Assembly (NCBI GenBank): GCA_964610335.1 | Contig: CAZSVP010000002.1 | Coordinates: forward strand, 212,887 to 248,314 | DNA: 35,428 nt | Reading direction: 5' to 3' | Origin: an uncultured Candidatus Saccharibacteria bacterium | GTDB lineage: Bacteria; Patescibacteriota; Saccharimonadia; CAILAD01; BJGX01 | Shown here: positions 26,622-33,465 of the stretch, piece by piece | Layout of the letters: every line of letters begins with the position of its first letter | How positions within the stretch are numbered: position 1 is the first letter of the stretch | Made by a program: the position numbers and the translations under genes | Notes under the pieces: generated by a model | Database searches by the model: none | What the model was told of the DNA's origin: nothing | Seen by the model: only the letters and a program-made list of their open reading frames with translations

Positions 26622-28206
26622 CGATCTCTACTTTTATTCGACTACTCAGTAGCGGCATAAATGGCATAAGTGCAGGGTTTGAATTGACTGTGGCGCCAGT
26701 GACCTGATCATTCTTGGACTTAGCAATGTCGGCTACCGCCTTCTTGGGCTTACCAGCTGATTCGCGTGCAATCGCTTCAGTATCAAGCCGATCACCATAA
26801 AATGCCGTGGTGCTGGCTTGGATCTGCATGGTCTCACCCGTAGCCTTAAAATTACTGTATTTGGCTGAGTCGGCGCCACTTTGGTAGATCTGTTGGTCAG
26901 AGCTCAGGTCCCTCTTGGCTTGAGCTTCAAACAAGGCATTGAGTTCCTTGTCGAGTACTGCAAAGGCAGTGTTTTTGACCTTTAGAGTAAGCGTAACTGT
27001 CCCACTAGCCTCGGTACCTTCAGCGACTGACGGGGTAGCGCTCACTGTCTCTGTTTTGAAACTATCTACAAATACAAAGTACTGATCACCAGCCTTATCT
27101 ATCAGATCTTGTTTGAGATTACTACCCAACTGTCCTTGAGCCTGAGCAGTTGCCTTCTTGACATCGTCGGCGCTGACAACTGTTACCACCTTACTTGTAC
27201 CACCGGAGGTTGACCCAGTAGCCTTGTAGAGATTGGAGAATCCGTTGATGGCAAATGTAGTAGTTGGAAGATTGTAACTATCACCGTTTTGAGCGGCTGT
27301 AATGCCCACATCCACACCAGAAGAACAATTAACTACTCCACCACCGGCGGAGCCGGCTGGTATAGTAACGGTCGAATTAGTAGTAAAAGCTTTACCACTA
27401 GATGTCACTGTGGTGCCGCTAGCTAAGTTATGAGTACTCGTGTCGTCGCAATTCTTGACGGTAATTGTGCCGGTAGCCTTGCTACCTACATCTTTTTGGC
27501 CAGTGGCTGAGAATGTAGCCACACTATCTTTGGTATTCTCTATCTTTTGAGCAGCCACTATGCCGGCCCCATAGTCACTTTTGGTAGTGCTAGCATCGGC
27601 CGTAAAACGGAAGTTGAGTGGCTGCTTCTTGGCCTTGGTTTGCACACTAACATTGGCTGTTGGCAAAAATACGTAGGCCAATATAAGTATGATTAGCACA
27701 CCTACGCCGCCCGCTACCCAAAGCAGTTTCTTATTGAGCCCATTGAAGTTGGGCACCTTGGGTTGTTTCTTTACTTTACTATCAGCTGTAACTACACGAT
27801 CCTTGGGCAACTTGGTATTGACCGGGATATCATCGTCTTGATCTTGGGTAGCAGACTTTTTGGACTTTTCTGGCTTACTATCGTCAATCATAGTAGGCGT
27901 GTCACTAGCTGGTGGTGGGGCGTCATCGGCCGAGGGTACAGCGGCATCGGCTTTGACATTGCGGGCGACTGCCAGCCCAAGCATGCCAGCTAGTCCGGTA
28001 GCAGCCTTGTCAGTAGTGACAAGTACCAGATCTTTGTGGCTGTCGTGGGCAGCTTTCTTGAGCAATTTCAGGTTAACTGCGCTTTGCAACAAGCCAGATC
28101 GGGCTGGTGCAACTACGCGGACTTCATCACCTTTGGCTCCCTTGAGCTTTTCGATCGCTTCGGTGATTTCAGTGTCGTTGTCGAGATAGAGGATGTCTGG
28201 AGTCAT
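26602..28206 (-). CDS. Hypothetical single-pass membrane protein with large extracytoplasmic Thr/Ser/Gly-rich domain
   Basis: 534-aa ORF. It has a ~90-aa N-terminal cytoplasmic domain, an acidic linker, a TM helix (LLWVAGGVGVLIILILAYVFL) and a beta-rich T/S/G/V C-terminal ~350 aa. No motif recognised. Confidence 0.6.
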   Translation of the reverse strand: MTPDILYLDNDTEITEAIEKLKGAKGDEVRVVAPARSGLLQSAVNLKLLKKAAHDSHKDLVLVTTDKAATGLAGMLGLAVARNVKADAAVPSADDAPPPASDTPTMIDDSKPEKSKKSATQDQDDDIPVNTKLPKDRVVTADSKVKKQPKVPNFNGLNKKLLWVAGGVGVLIILILAYVFLPTANVSVQTKAKKQPLNFRFTADASTTKSDYGAGIVAAQKIENTKDSVATFSATGQKDVGSKATGTITVKNCDDTSTHNLASGTTVTSSGKAFTTNSTVTIPAGSAGGGVVNCSSGVDVGITAAQNGDSYNLPTTTFAINGFSNLYKATGSTSGGTSKVVTVVSADDVKKATAQAQGQLGSNLKQDLIDKAGDQYFVFVDSFKTETVSATPSVAEGTEASGTVTLTLKVKNTAFAVLDKELNALFEAQAKRDLSSDQQIYQSGADSAKYSNFKATGETMQIQASTTAFYGDRLDTEAIARESAGKPKKAVADIAKSKNDQVTGATVNSNPALMPFMPLLSSRIKVEIDVSTEQ

Positions 28207-28302
28207 TTGGAAATTATTATAGCGTAAAAAACTTATCCTTGCAGGATTGGCTTGTTCAATTGTAACGAACTAGTCAACAGGTCCGTGACTAACTGAGACG
28301 TA

Positions 28303-28330
28303 TTGACTTATCACGTTTTTATGATATTAT
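28303..28330 (+). promoter_or_regulatory. Sigma70-type promoter TTGACT-16-TATTAT of GC-rich cassette B
   Basis: Read directly. It is followed by a ~45-nt 5' UTR containing a direct repeat ATCAGAAC (28343-28350 and 28362-28369), and by SD GGAG 4 nt before the ATG. Confidence 0.6.
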
Positions 28331-28380
28331 TGCTGTCAGCGAATCAGAACACAAGGTTTTGATCAGAACCCTGGAGCACA

Positions 28381-28728
28381 ATGCGTACCTATTCTTATCC
28401 CTACAAGCAGCCCAGCAACTACTTGGTCTCTGGTGGACGCTGCGACGGAATGGCTGTCGATCGCGAGGCACTGGAGCGCTTCTGGCGCGGTGGCCTCACC
28501 GAGGCTGGCAACGCCTTCATCGACGCAGTCTTCAGCTTCCATGAGGTATATGCCCTGGAATGTGCTTTCATGCACTGTGTCATCCGCGTCCATACCACAA
28601 CGCCGCTCAATGAAGAGCGCAAGGTGTTGCTCGATCGCCTCTTCGAGCTGATGGACAACCTGCAGAGCTGGGCCTTCGCGCAAGACGCTCGCTCCGAGAT
28701 CATCGAGGTCAATCAGGCCTCGATCTAG
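28381..28728 (+). CDS. GC-rich orphan ORF, 115-aa cytosolic hypothetical protein (cassette B)
   Basis: The frame is supported by SD GGAG (28373-28376) and by G/C at the third position of 86 of 115 codons (hand count). It has its own promoter and terminator. No family recognised. Confidence 0.6.
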   Translation: MRTYSYPYKQPSNYLVSGGRCDGMAVDREALERFWRGGLTEAGNAFIDAVFSFHEVYALECAFMHCVIRVHTTTPLNEERKVLLDRLFELMDNLQSWAFAQDARSEIIEVNQASI

Positions 28729-28729
28729 C

Positions 28730-28771
28730 CCCGCTCACCTACCGCAAAACCTGCCGGGTGGGCGGGTTTTT
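28730..28771 (+). terminator. Rho-independent terminator of cassette B, convergent with the ftsA 3' end
   Basis: CCCGCTCACC...GGTGGGCGGG stem (one G-U pair) followed by TTTTT. The ftsA stop codon is 4 nt further on the opposite strand. Confidence 0.65.
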
Positions 28772-28774
28772 GCA

Positions 28775-30082
28775 TTATAATGACAATGTGCGGCTAAGTC
28801 GCTGCATAACCGACTCACCCAAGCTCTCACTCCCTACTACATCGAGCCCCAGATTGGCCAAGCCCATCGGCGTTATATCTTGCGGGCTATGCAAACTGTC
28901 GGTGGTATCTATAACATGATTGACATCGCGAGGCATCACAAAGCTGATGTTGGGCTTGCGCACAAACGGCAAGCCCTTGTGCCAATCGGTCTCATTGAGG
29001 GCATGTTTGATCTCAGGCAAACCGCTACCACCACCGCAAAGCATGATGCGAGTAGGCAGATGATCGAGCCGCTCAAACTCACTAAGTGCCAGTTCTACCC
29101 CACTCAGCCAGGTCTCAACATCGGTCTCAAGGGCTTTACTTACTTGTCGATCTTGGCTTTCGCTAAGTTTGCCAGCGGCGTGTTTGAGCTTGAGCTCTTC
29201 GGCTTCGTCGAAGCTTATACCAAACTCATTGGCCAGCCGCTTAGTAAAGCTGCGCCCACCGATTGCAAACATCTGGGTACCCTCTACACCACCGTTGTTT
29301 ACCACTGCGATGTCGGAGGTTCCGCCGCCAATGTCTATAAATATGGCGCTGAACTCTGTGCTATCGTCGGTACCGACTGACTTAGCCACCGCAAATGGCT
29401 CTGCAGCAATATTGATAAGATTGAGATCTAGATCAGCCGCGACAGTTTGGAGCGCTCCTAAATGAACCATAGGAGCAAAAGCATTGAATACTTGAATAGT
29501 GACATCGCGACCTTGGAACCCGACTGGATTGGTAACACGATAGCCATCGATGGTGACATCCACAATTGCAGCATTGACTAGCTTAACTTCGAGCTCGTCG
29601 TTGCCAGTTTCCCAGCTGAGCTGTTTACGAACCTCCTCGAAAGCTTGTTTTTGGATCCGCTCGATTATATCCATCAGCTCAGTTTGGTCTATTTTGACAT
29701 CGGGCTTGTTGCGCCGATAGCTCACCGCGGTAGTGCCTCCGCGCACCAACTCACCAGCTATTCCTATTACGGTGTCTTTGGCAACTAACCCAGCCACTTC
29801 CTCGGCTTGACGCAACGCGGCATCACAGTTCTCTACCACTCCTGATATGTCAGTGACTGCTCCGCCAGCCATGTCAGTGAGACGCTGTCGCTGCTTGCCA
29901 CTACCTATAATCTCTACAACTTCACGCTGCTTGCCAGTCTTATGATCCTTCTGATTGGAAACTTTGCCAATCAGTGCTTTGACGTACTCAGTACCAATAT
30001 CGAGCGACACTATATACTGTGGCCCATCTGGTTTCTTGGGAGATGATTTTTTACTCGAAAACTTTGGCAGGTGAAATTTCAT
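28775..30082 (-). CDS. ftsA: Actin-like ATPase, cell division protein FtsA family
   Basis: 435-aa ORF with phosphate-1 SLDIGTEYVKALIG, phosphate-2 IFIDIGGGTSDIAVV and adenosine motif IMLCGGGSGLPEI. No ftsZ lies downstream in this window. Confidence 0.78.
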   Translation of the reverse strand: MKFHLPKFSSKKSSPKKPDGPQYIVSLDIGTEYVKALIGKVSNQKDHKTGKQREVVEIIGSGKQRQRLTDMAGGAVTDISGVVENCDAALRQAEEVAGLVAKDTVIGIAGELVRGGTTAVSYRRNKPDVKIDQTELMDIIERIQKQAFEEVRKQLSWETGNDELEVKLVNAAIVDVTIDGYRVTNPVGFQGRDVTIQVFNAFAPMVHLGALQTVAADLDLNLINIAAEPFAVAKSVGTDDSTEFSAIFIDIGGGTSDIAVVNNGGVEGTQMFAIGGRSFTKRLANEFGISFDEAEELKLKHAAGKLSESQDRQVSKALETDVETWLSGVELALSEFERLDHLPTRIMLCGGGSGLPEIKHALNETDWHKGLPFVRKPNISFVMPRDVNHVIDTTDSLHSPQDITPMGLANLGLDVVGSESLGESVMQRLSRTLSL

Positions 30083-30585
30083 ATGCTTATGTAATAGTGT
30101 AGCTGTTATTGACCTATAGTGCCAGGTCTATGCCCGATATAGAAATAGATCTTTTTTGTCTTTCGCTCCAAGCTTCGCTTACTGGAGCAAGCTTCTTTTG
30201 ATGGACCAAAAGAAGCCAAAAGTCCTTTGGCACGGACGCATTACAGGAGCGTTCAACAACTTCAACTTTCTGGTTTGGCCGCTGTGCCAAAGATTGGACT
30301 CGCGCTCTGCAACCAGAAGTGTCAAAGTTCTTTCACTTCCTGATTGCTTTAGTGCCATTAAGGATCTTAAATTCGGCATTAAAGCCAACTGTAAAACAAA
30401 CTAGTTTGAATGCTTACAAGTGAGGACTGTCCGAAGAACGCTAGTGATGAGTTCCGCAGCTTGGAAAGTGAAAGCTAGCTTGTTGCTACAGTTTGGTGTC
30501 CATGCCGTTGGGTTTTGCGCCGCTTTTGACCAAGTAAAAGCGGATCGACCCTTAAGGACGAAATTCCTTGCTAAAAAAGTTATGG

Positions 30586-30614
30586 TTCAAACCAACAATT
30601 CCATCTGCTATACT
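30586..30614 (+). promoter_or_regulatory. Candidate promoter TTCAAA-17-TATACT of cassette C
   Basis: Read directly, ~38 nt upstream of the ATG. SD GAGGAGG lies at 30641-30647. Confidence 0.4.
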
Positions 30615-30652
30615 TACCTCACCCTGAAAACCAAAGAGACGAGGAGGTTGTT

Positions 30653-31495
30653 ATGTCTCCGTCGGAGGACTTTCACAGACTTGAAACTGACCTGGCCGAT
30701 GCCGAAGGGATCATTGCCCAAGAGGCCGCCGAGCTGACCGACCAGGCTGCCGCTAGGTGGCAACGTGAGCTCGATCGCATGCTTGAGCCGATCCTCGGCA
30801 AGTACGTGCGCGAAGATCCATCGGAGTACAGCTGGACAGTGCGCAACAGTGCCAATCTCATCACTTTGGGACGTGGACTGCTCACCCTGGCACTGTTCTT
30901 CCCGATGCGCCGGGCCCGCAGCTACCGCATGCGAGTGCTGGTGGCAGTGCTGGCACTGATCGTGATTGCCTTCGACCTGGTCGATGGTGGGGTGGCTCGC
31001 AAGCTGCGCATCACCAGTGTTTTCGGCAAGGCAATCGATCCGCTGATGGACAAGCTGTTCTTCGTGTTGATCGGCTGGGCCACGCTCGAGATCTTCCGTG
31101 GCGGGGACAACAAGTTCTACTACCGTCTGCTGCAGCTGCTGTTTGCCATCGCTGCTGCACTGGAGCTCGATGTGGCCATCAACGGCACGCAGCAAGGAAT
31201 CTTGGCCTGGCGCTGCGACCGACTGGAGCCCGACAACAAGGCCAAGCTCACTGGTGCAACCGGCAACGGCAAGATCAAGTTCCTGATGCAGGTTGCGGCC
31301 GTTGGAGTCGCTCTGTTCACACCCGATCTACGCAAGGCGCTGATCAGGTTTGCAGCGCTGCTGGGCATCGCTACCGTGTTCAGTCGCCGCAGCAATCATG
31401 ACCACCGCGAGGAGGTCGTGGCGCTCAAGGCCGAGCTGCAAGCTCGCAAGTCACGTGTCAACAAGACGGTCGCCTATGGCCAATCAGCCGGCTAG
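30653..31495 (+). CDS. CDP-alcohol phosphatidyltransferase-family membrane protein (GC-rich cassette C)
   Basis: Exact family signature D(x)2DG(x)2AR(x)8G(x)3D(x)3D as DLVDGGVARKLRITSVFGKAIDPLMD (nt 30974-31051). There are ~6 TM helices, an unusual ~60-aa soluble acidic N-terminal extension and a strong SD GAGGAGG. Confidence 0.85.
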   Translation: MSPSEDFHRLETDLADAEGIIAQEAAELTDQAAARWQRELDRMLEPILGKYVREDPSEYSWTVRNSANLITLGRGLLTLALFFPMRRARSYRMRVLVAVLALIVIAFDLVDGGVARKLRITSVFGKAIDPLMDKLFFVLIGWATLEIFRGGDNKFYYRLLQLLFAIAAALELDVAINGTQQGILAWRCDRLEPDNKAKLTGATGNGKIKFLMQVAAVGVALFTPDLRKALIRFAALLGIATVFSRRSNHDHREEVVALKAELQARKSRVNKTVAYGQSAG

Positions 31496-31512
31496 CGATT
31501 TCAGGCATTATT

Positions 31513-31563
31513 GATCCACCTCGGCTCCTACACCAGGGAGCTGAGGTGGATCGACCTGTTTTT
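31513..31563 (+). terminator. Terminator of cassette C
   Basis: 16-bp stem GATCCACCTCGGCTCC-tacacca-GGAGCTGAGGTGGATC (one G-U pair), then cgacctg and TTTTT. Confidence 0.6.
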
Positions 31564-31643
31564 ATACTGTTACTAGTAATTACACCATATTTGTAGTACT
31601 ATTTGTTTCACCAACTTCTCTGTCGACAACAAGGGGGTAATCC

Positions 31644-31985
31644 GTGAGAAGAGCACGTTCATGGGGCAAGGAGTTCTGGGCCATCATGCGCAACGTCTAC
31701 AGTTGCGATGACACGCTCACCGAGCTGATCATCAGCGACAACGATCAGTACTGCGGCGAGTGCGAGCGGCACACCAAGCCCAAGGTGGATATCGAGCGAG
31801 TTCTGCGCTGCGACCACTGCGAATCTCGATTCGCCTGGCTGGTGGATCTCCATGGTTCGAGCGATCTGGGGCGGATCCTGATCCTACGACATGGCCATCA
31901 GCTCGAGCAAGTCCCGGCTCTCGCCAAGCACCACCAAATCGCCCAGCGTCGCAGTCATCTGCGCCACACCGTCAAGGCGCGCTAG
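31644..31985 (+). CDS. GC-rich small zinc-ribbon protein, 113 aa (cassette D)
   Basis: GTG start 6 nt after AAGGGGG. An alternative in-frame ATG lies at 31686. Two CxxC pairs (CGEC, CDHC) ~15 aa apart suggest a zinc ribbon, and the C-terminus is basic and His-rich. No clear promoter found. Confidence 0.5.
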   Translation: MRRARSWGKEFWAIMRNVYSCDDTLTELIISDNDQYCGECERHTKPKVDIERVLRCDHCESRFAWLVDLHGSSDLGRILILRHGHQLEQVPALAKHHQIAQRRSHLRHTVKAR

Positions 31986-31998
31986 CGCGCCACCATAG

Positions 31999-32050
31999 GC
32001 CTCTGCCAGATAGCAAAACGACCTTCGCTACCCGGCGGAGGCTCGTTTTG
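31999..32050 (+). terminator. Terminator of cassette D
   Basis: GCCTCTGCC...GGCGGAGGC (or the inner CGACCTTCGC/GCGGAGGCTCG) stem followed by TTTTG. Confidence 0.5.
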
Positions 32051-32068
32051 TATCTGTAGACTATCTAT

Positions 32069-32097
32069 TTGACAAATGTTTGTTTTTATAGTATAAT
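32069..32097 (+). promoter_or_regulatory. Perfect consensus sigma70 promoter TTGACA-17-TATAAT (cassette E)
   Basis: Read directly as TTGACA aatgtttgtttttatag TATAAT. The ~68-nt 5' UTR contains the hairpin CTTTCTCC-aatg-GGAGAAGG. Confidence 0.75.
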
Positions 32098-32165
32098 CTG
32101 TTAACTTTCTCCAATGGGAGAAGGGCGGAGTAAACCCCAATCCCATCAAGCACCCAGGAGGAATC

Positions 32166-32780
32166 ATGGGGGGAAGTTCATTGAAGACAGCAAAACCACA
32201 CGTCCCCGGACAGGAGGCGATGTGGCTCGCACAAGGAGCTCGGAGCTGCTGCAGCGAATGCGGCATCATCTCGCTCTACGTCAGGCACGGCGATCTCTGT
32301 CCAGGTTGCGGACTGGAGTTCGTCACGGCAGGTCCGATCACGGACACCACCGACAACTGGCGTGCGATCGATCGCTTCGGCGCCGACTACTTCGAGCTGC
32401 CACTCCAGGCAGAGCTCGAAGCCGCCAAGCACGCCCACCAACTAGCTCGGCAACGCGGGTACTGGCTGATCAGCATCGTAGGATTGATGCTGGTTCTGGC
32501 ACTGGTGTTCGGGGTGATGTGTTTCATCAACGCCACCACCAACCCCGTCACCTGCGAAGGTGAGCAGACCATCCAGCTCACCCAGTCGCAGCTGGATCAG
32601 GCCGGTGGCAGCACCATGGACCTCACCAAGGCCATCGCAGCCGATGAGTTGCCCAGCCCCGGCTACGACCAGTTCGAGGTGGCACGGTACATCGACCAGA
32701 TGAACCCCCAACTCGAGGCCAAGGCCAACATCGGCGACAGCGTCACCATCCCGGCCCGCTGCTACCGCGCCAGCGACTAG
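32166..32780 (+). CDS. GC-rich membrane-anchored zinc-ribbon protein with extracytoplasmic C-terminal domain, 204 aa (cassette E)
   Basis: SD AGGAGG 4 nt before the ATG. N-terminal CCSEC...CPGC zinc ribbon and one TM helix (YWLISIVGLMLVLALVFGVMCFI). The ~80-aa C-terminal domain weakly resembles LysM (ARYIDQMNP...IGDSVTIP). Confidence 0.65.
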   Translation: MGGSSLKTAKPHVPGQEAMWLAQGARSCCSECGIISLYVRHGDLCPGCGLEFVTAGPITDTTDNWRAIDRFGADYFELPLQAELEAAKHAHQLARQRGYWLISIVGLMLVLALVFGVMCFINATTNPVTCEGEQTIQLTQSQLDQAGGSTMDLTKAIAADELPSPGYDQFEVARYIDQMNPQLEAKANIGDSVTIPARCYRASD

Positions 32781-32805
32781 CAGCAAGCCCTCGCGGACAA
32801 GGACT

Positions 32806-32843
32806 CGAAAAGAGCCCCTGCCCCGCGGGGGCTCTTTTCGTAT
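32806..32843 (+). terminator. Terminator of cassette E (bidirectional type)
   Basis: Perfect 13-bp stem CGAAAAGAGCCCC-tgccccgc-GGGGCTCTTTTCG, a GC core flanked by A- and T-tracts. Confidence 0.7.
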
Positions 32844-32852
32844 CTGAACAAA

Positions 32853-32881
32853 TTGCAAACTACTAACAATATCCATATAAT
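32853..32881 (+). promoter_or_regulatory. Near-consensus promoter TTGCAA-17-TATAAT (leaderless-type) for the P-loop gene
   Basis: Read directly. The -10 box ends 2 nt before the first ATG (32884) and 8 nt before the second ATG (32890). Confidence 0.65.
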
Positions 32882-32883
32882 CA

Positions 32884-33465
32884 ATGATTATGTACAAAAG
32901 TGAATTTGAAACACTACCGTTTAGTACTCCAGTGGTATTTGCAGACGGTACCAAGTATTGGAATGACTTAAGTAAGAAATTTATTCAACACAAGCGTGGT
33001 TTTTTTATTCTTGGTCCTTCTGGCTCGGGCAAAACACATTTTGTAAAAAGTCAAAAAGAAAAACATTGGATAGATGGCGACAAACTTTGGGAATCGTCAA
33101 AAGCGCACCCGCAGGGTGAATGGTGGCTCGAAAGTGGTGAGGTAATTCAAAAGATTGATCAGCGAGCTGATGTTATGACCGTACAAGCGATGATGCTTGG
33201 ATTCTGGATAATTGGCGCATCGAACCAATTCTTAAAACCAGATGCAATAATTATTCCCCATTGGGCTACACACAAGAAATATATTCGTCACCGCGAGCAA
33301 CATGGCTACGACGGTGGTGCCAAATCAGATGCATTTGATCAGGTATTGTGGCATCGTAACTGGATACTACAATGGGCCAAAAAGGGAGTACCAAAATTCA
33401 AATCTGCGTTTGATGCTGAAAAGTATCTACTCGAAAAGTACAAAAAAGAGCTTGGCTTAGCTTAG
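32884..33465 (+). CDS. P-loop NTPase / kinase-like protein
   Basis: 193-aa ORF with Walker A GPSGSGKTHF and low GC like the core genome. Given the -10 position, the true start is more likely the second ATG at 32890 (a leaderless mRNA). Confidence 0.7.
   Translation: MIMYKSEFETLPFSTPVVFADGTKYWNDLSKKFIQHKRGFFILGPSGSGKTHFVKSQKEKHWIDGDKLWESSKAHPQGEWWLESGEVIQKIDQRADVMTVQAMMLGFWIIGASNQFLKPDAIIIPHWATHKKYIRHREQHGYDGGAKSDAFDQVLWHRNWILQWAKKGVPKFKSAFDAEKYLLEKYKKELGLA

Noticed and set aside
30150-30620. RNase P RNA, tmRNA, SRP RNA or 6S RNA as the identity of the hairpin-rich gap.
   Set aside because: GAGGACTGTCCG superficially resembles the RNase P GAGGAAAGUCC. I found no complementary P4 partner, no ACAGAA...GGCUUA element, no tRNA-like 3' end with CCA, and no SRP GGAA/AGCA helix-8 motif. 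6S RNA cannot be judged by eye.
30156-30737. Track ORFs 30156-30404 (+), 30179-30388 (-) and 30420-30737 (+) in the ftsA upstream gap.
   Set aside because: They have TTG or GTG starts with no SD and mutually overlap on both strands. The third runs out of frame into the well-supported phosphatidyltransferase gene. An internal ATG version (MDQKKPKV..., 67 aa) cannot be excluded but has no support.
30614-31195. Long antisense and alternative-frame ORFs inside the GC-rich cassettes. Examples: 30614-31195 (-) 193 aa, 32442-32954 (-) 170 aa, 32114-32563 (+) 149 aa, 28363-28683 (-), 28419-28712 (-), 31120-31395 (-), 31760-32059 (+).
   Set aside because: They are the expected stop-codon-poor artefacts of GC-rich DNA. 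They lack SD sites and translate to Arg/Ala/Pro/Ser-rich nonsense. The chosen frames have strong SDs, G/C-biased third positions and, for 30653-31495, an exact family signature.
28303-32843. Metagenomic mis-assembly or contamination as the explanation for the GC-rich segments.
   Set aside because: The segments are short (0.35-0.85 kb each). They are individually embedded between AT-rich promoters and terminators and core genes, with several separate transitions, which is unlike a simple contig chimera. Only read mapping can exclude it fully.
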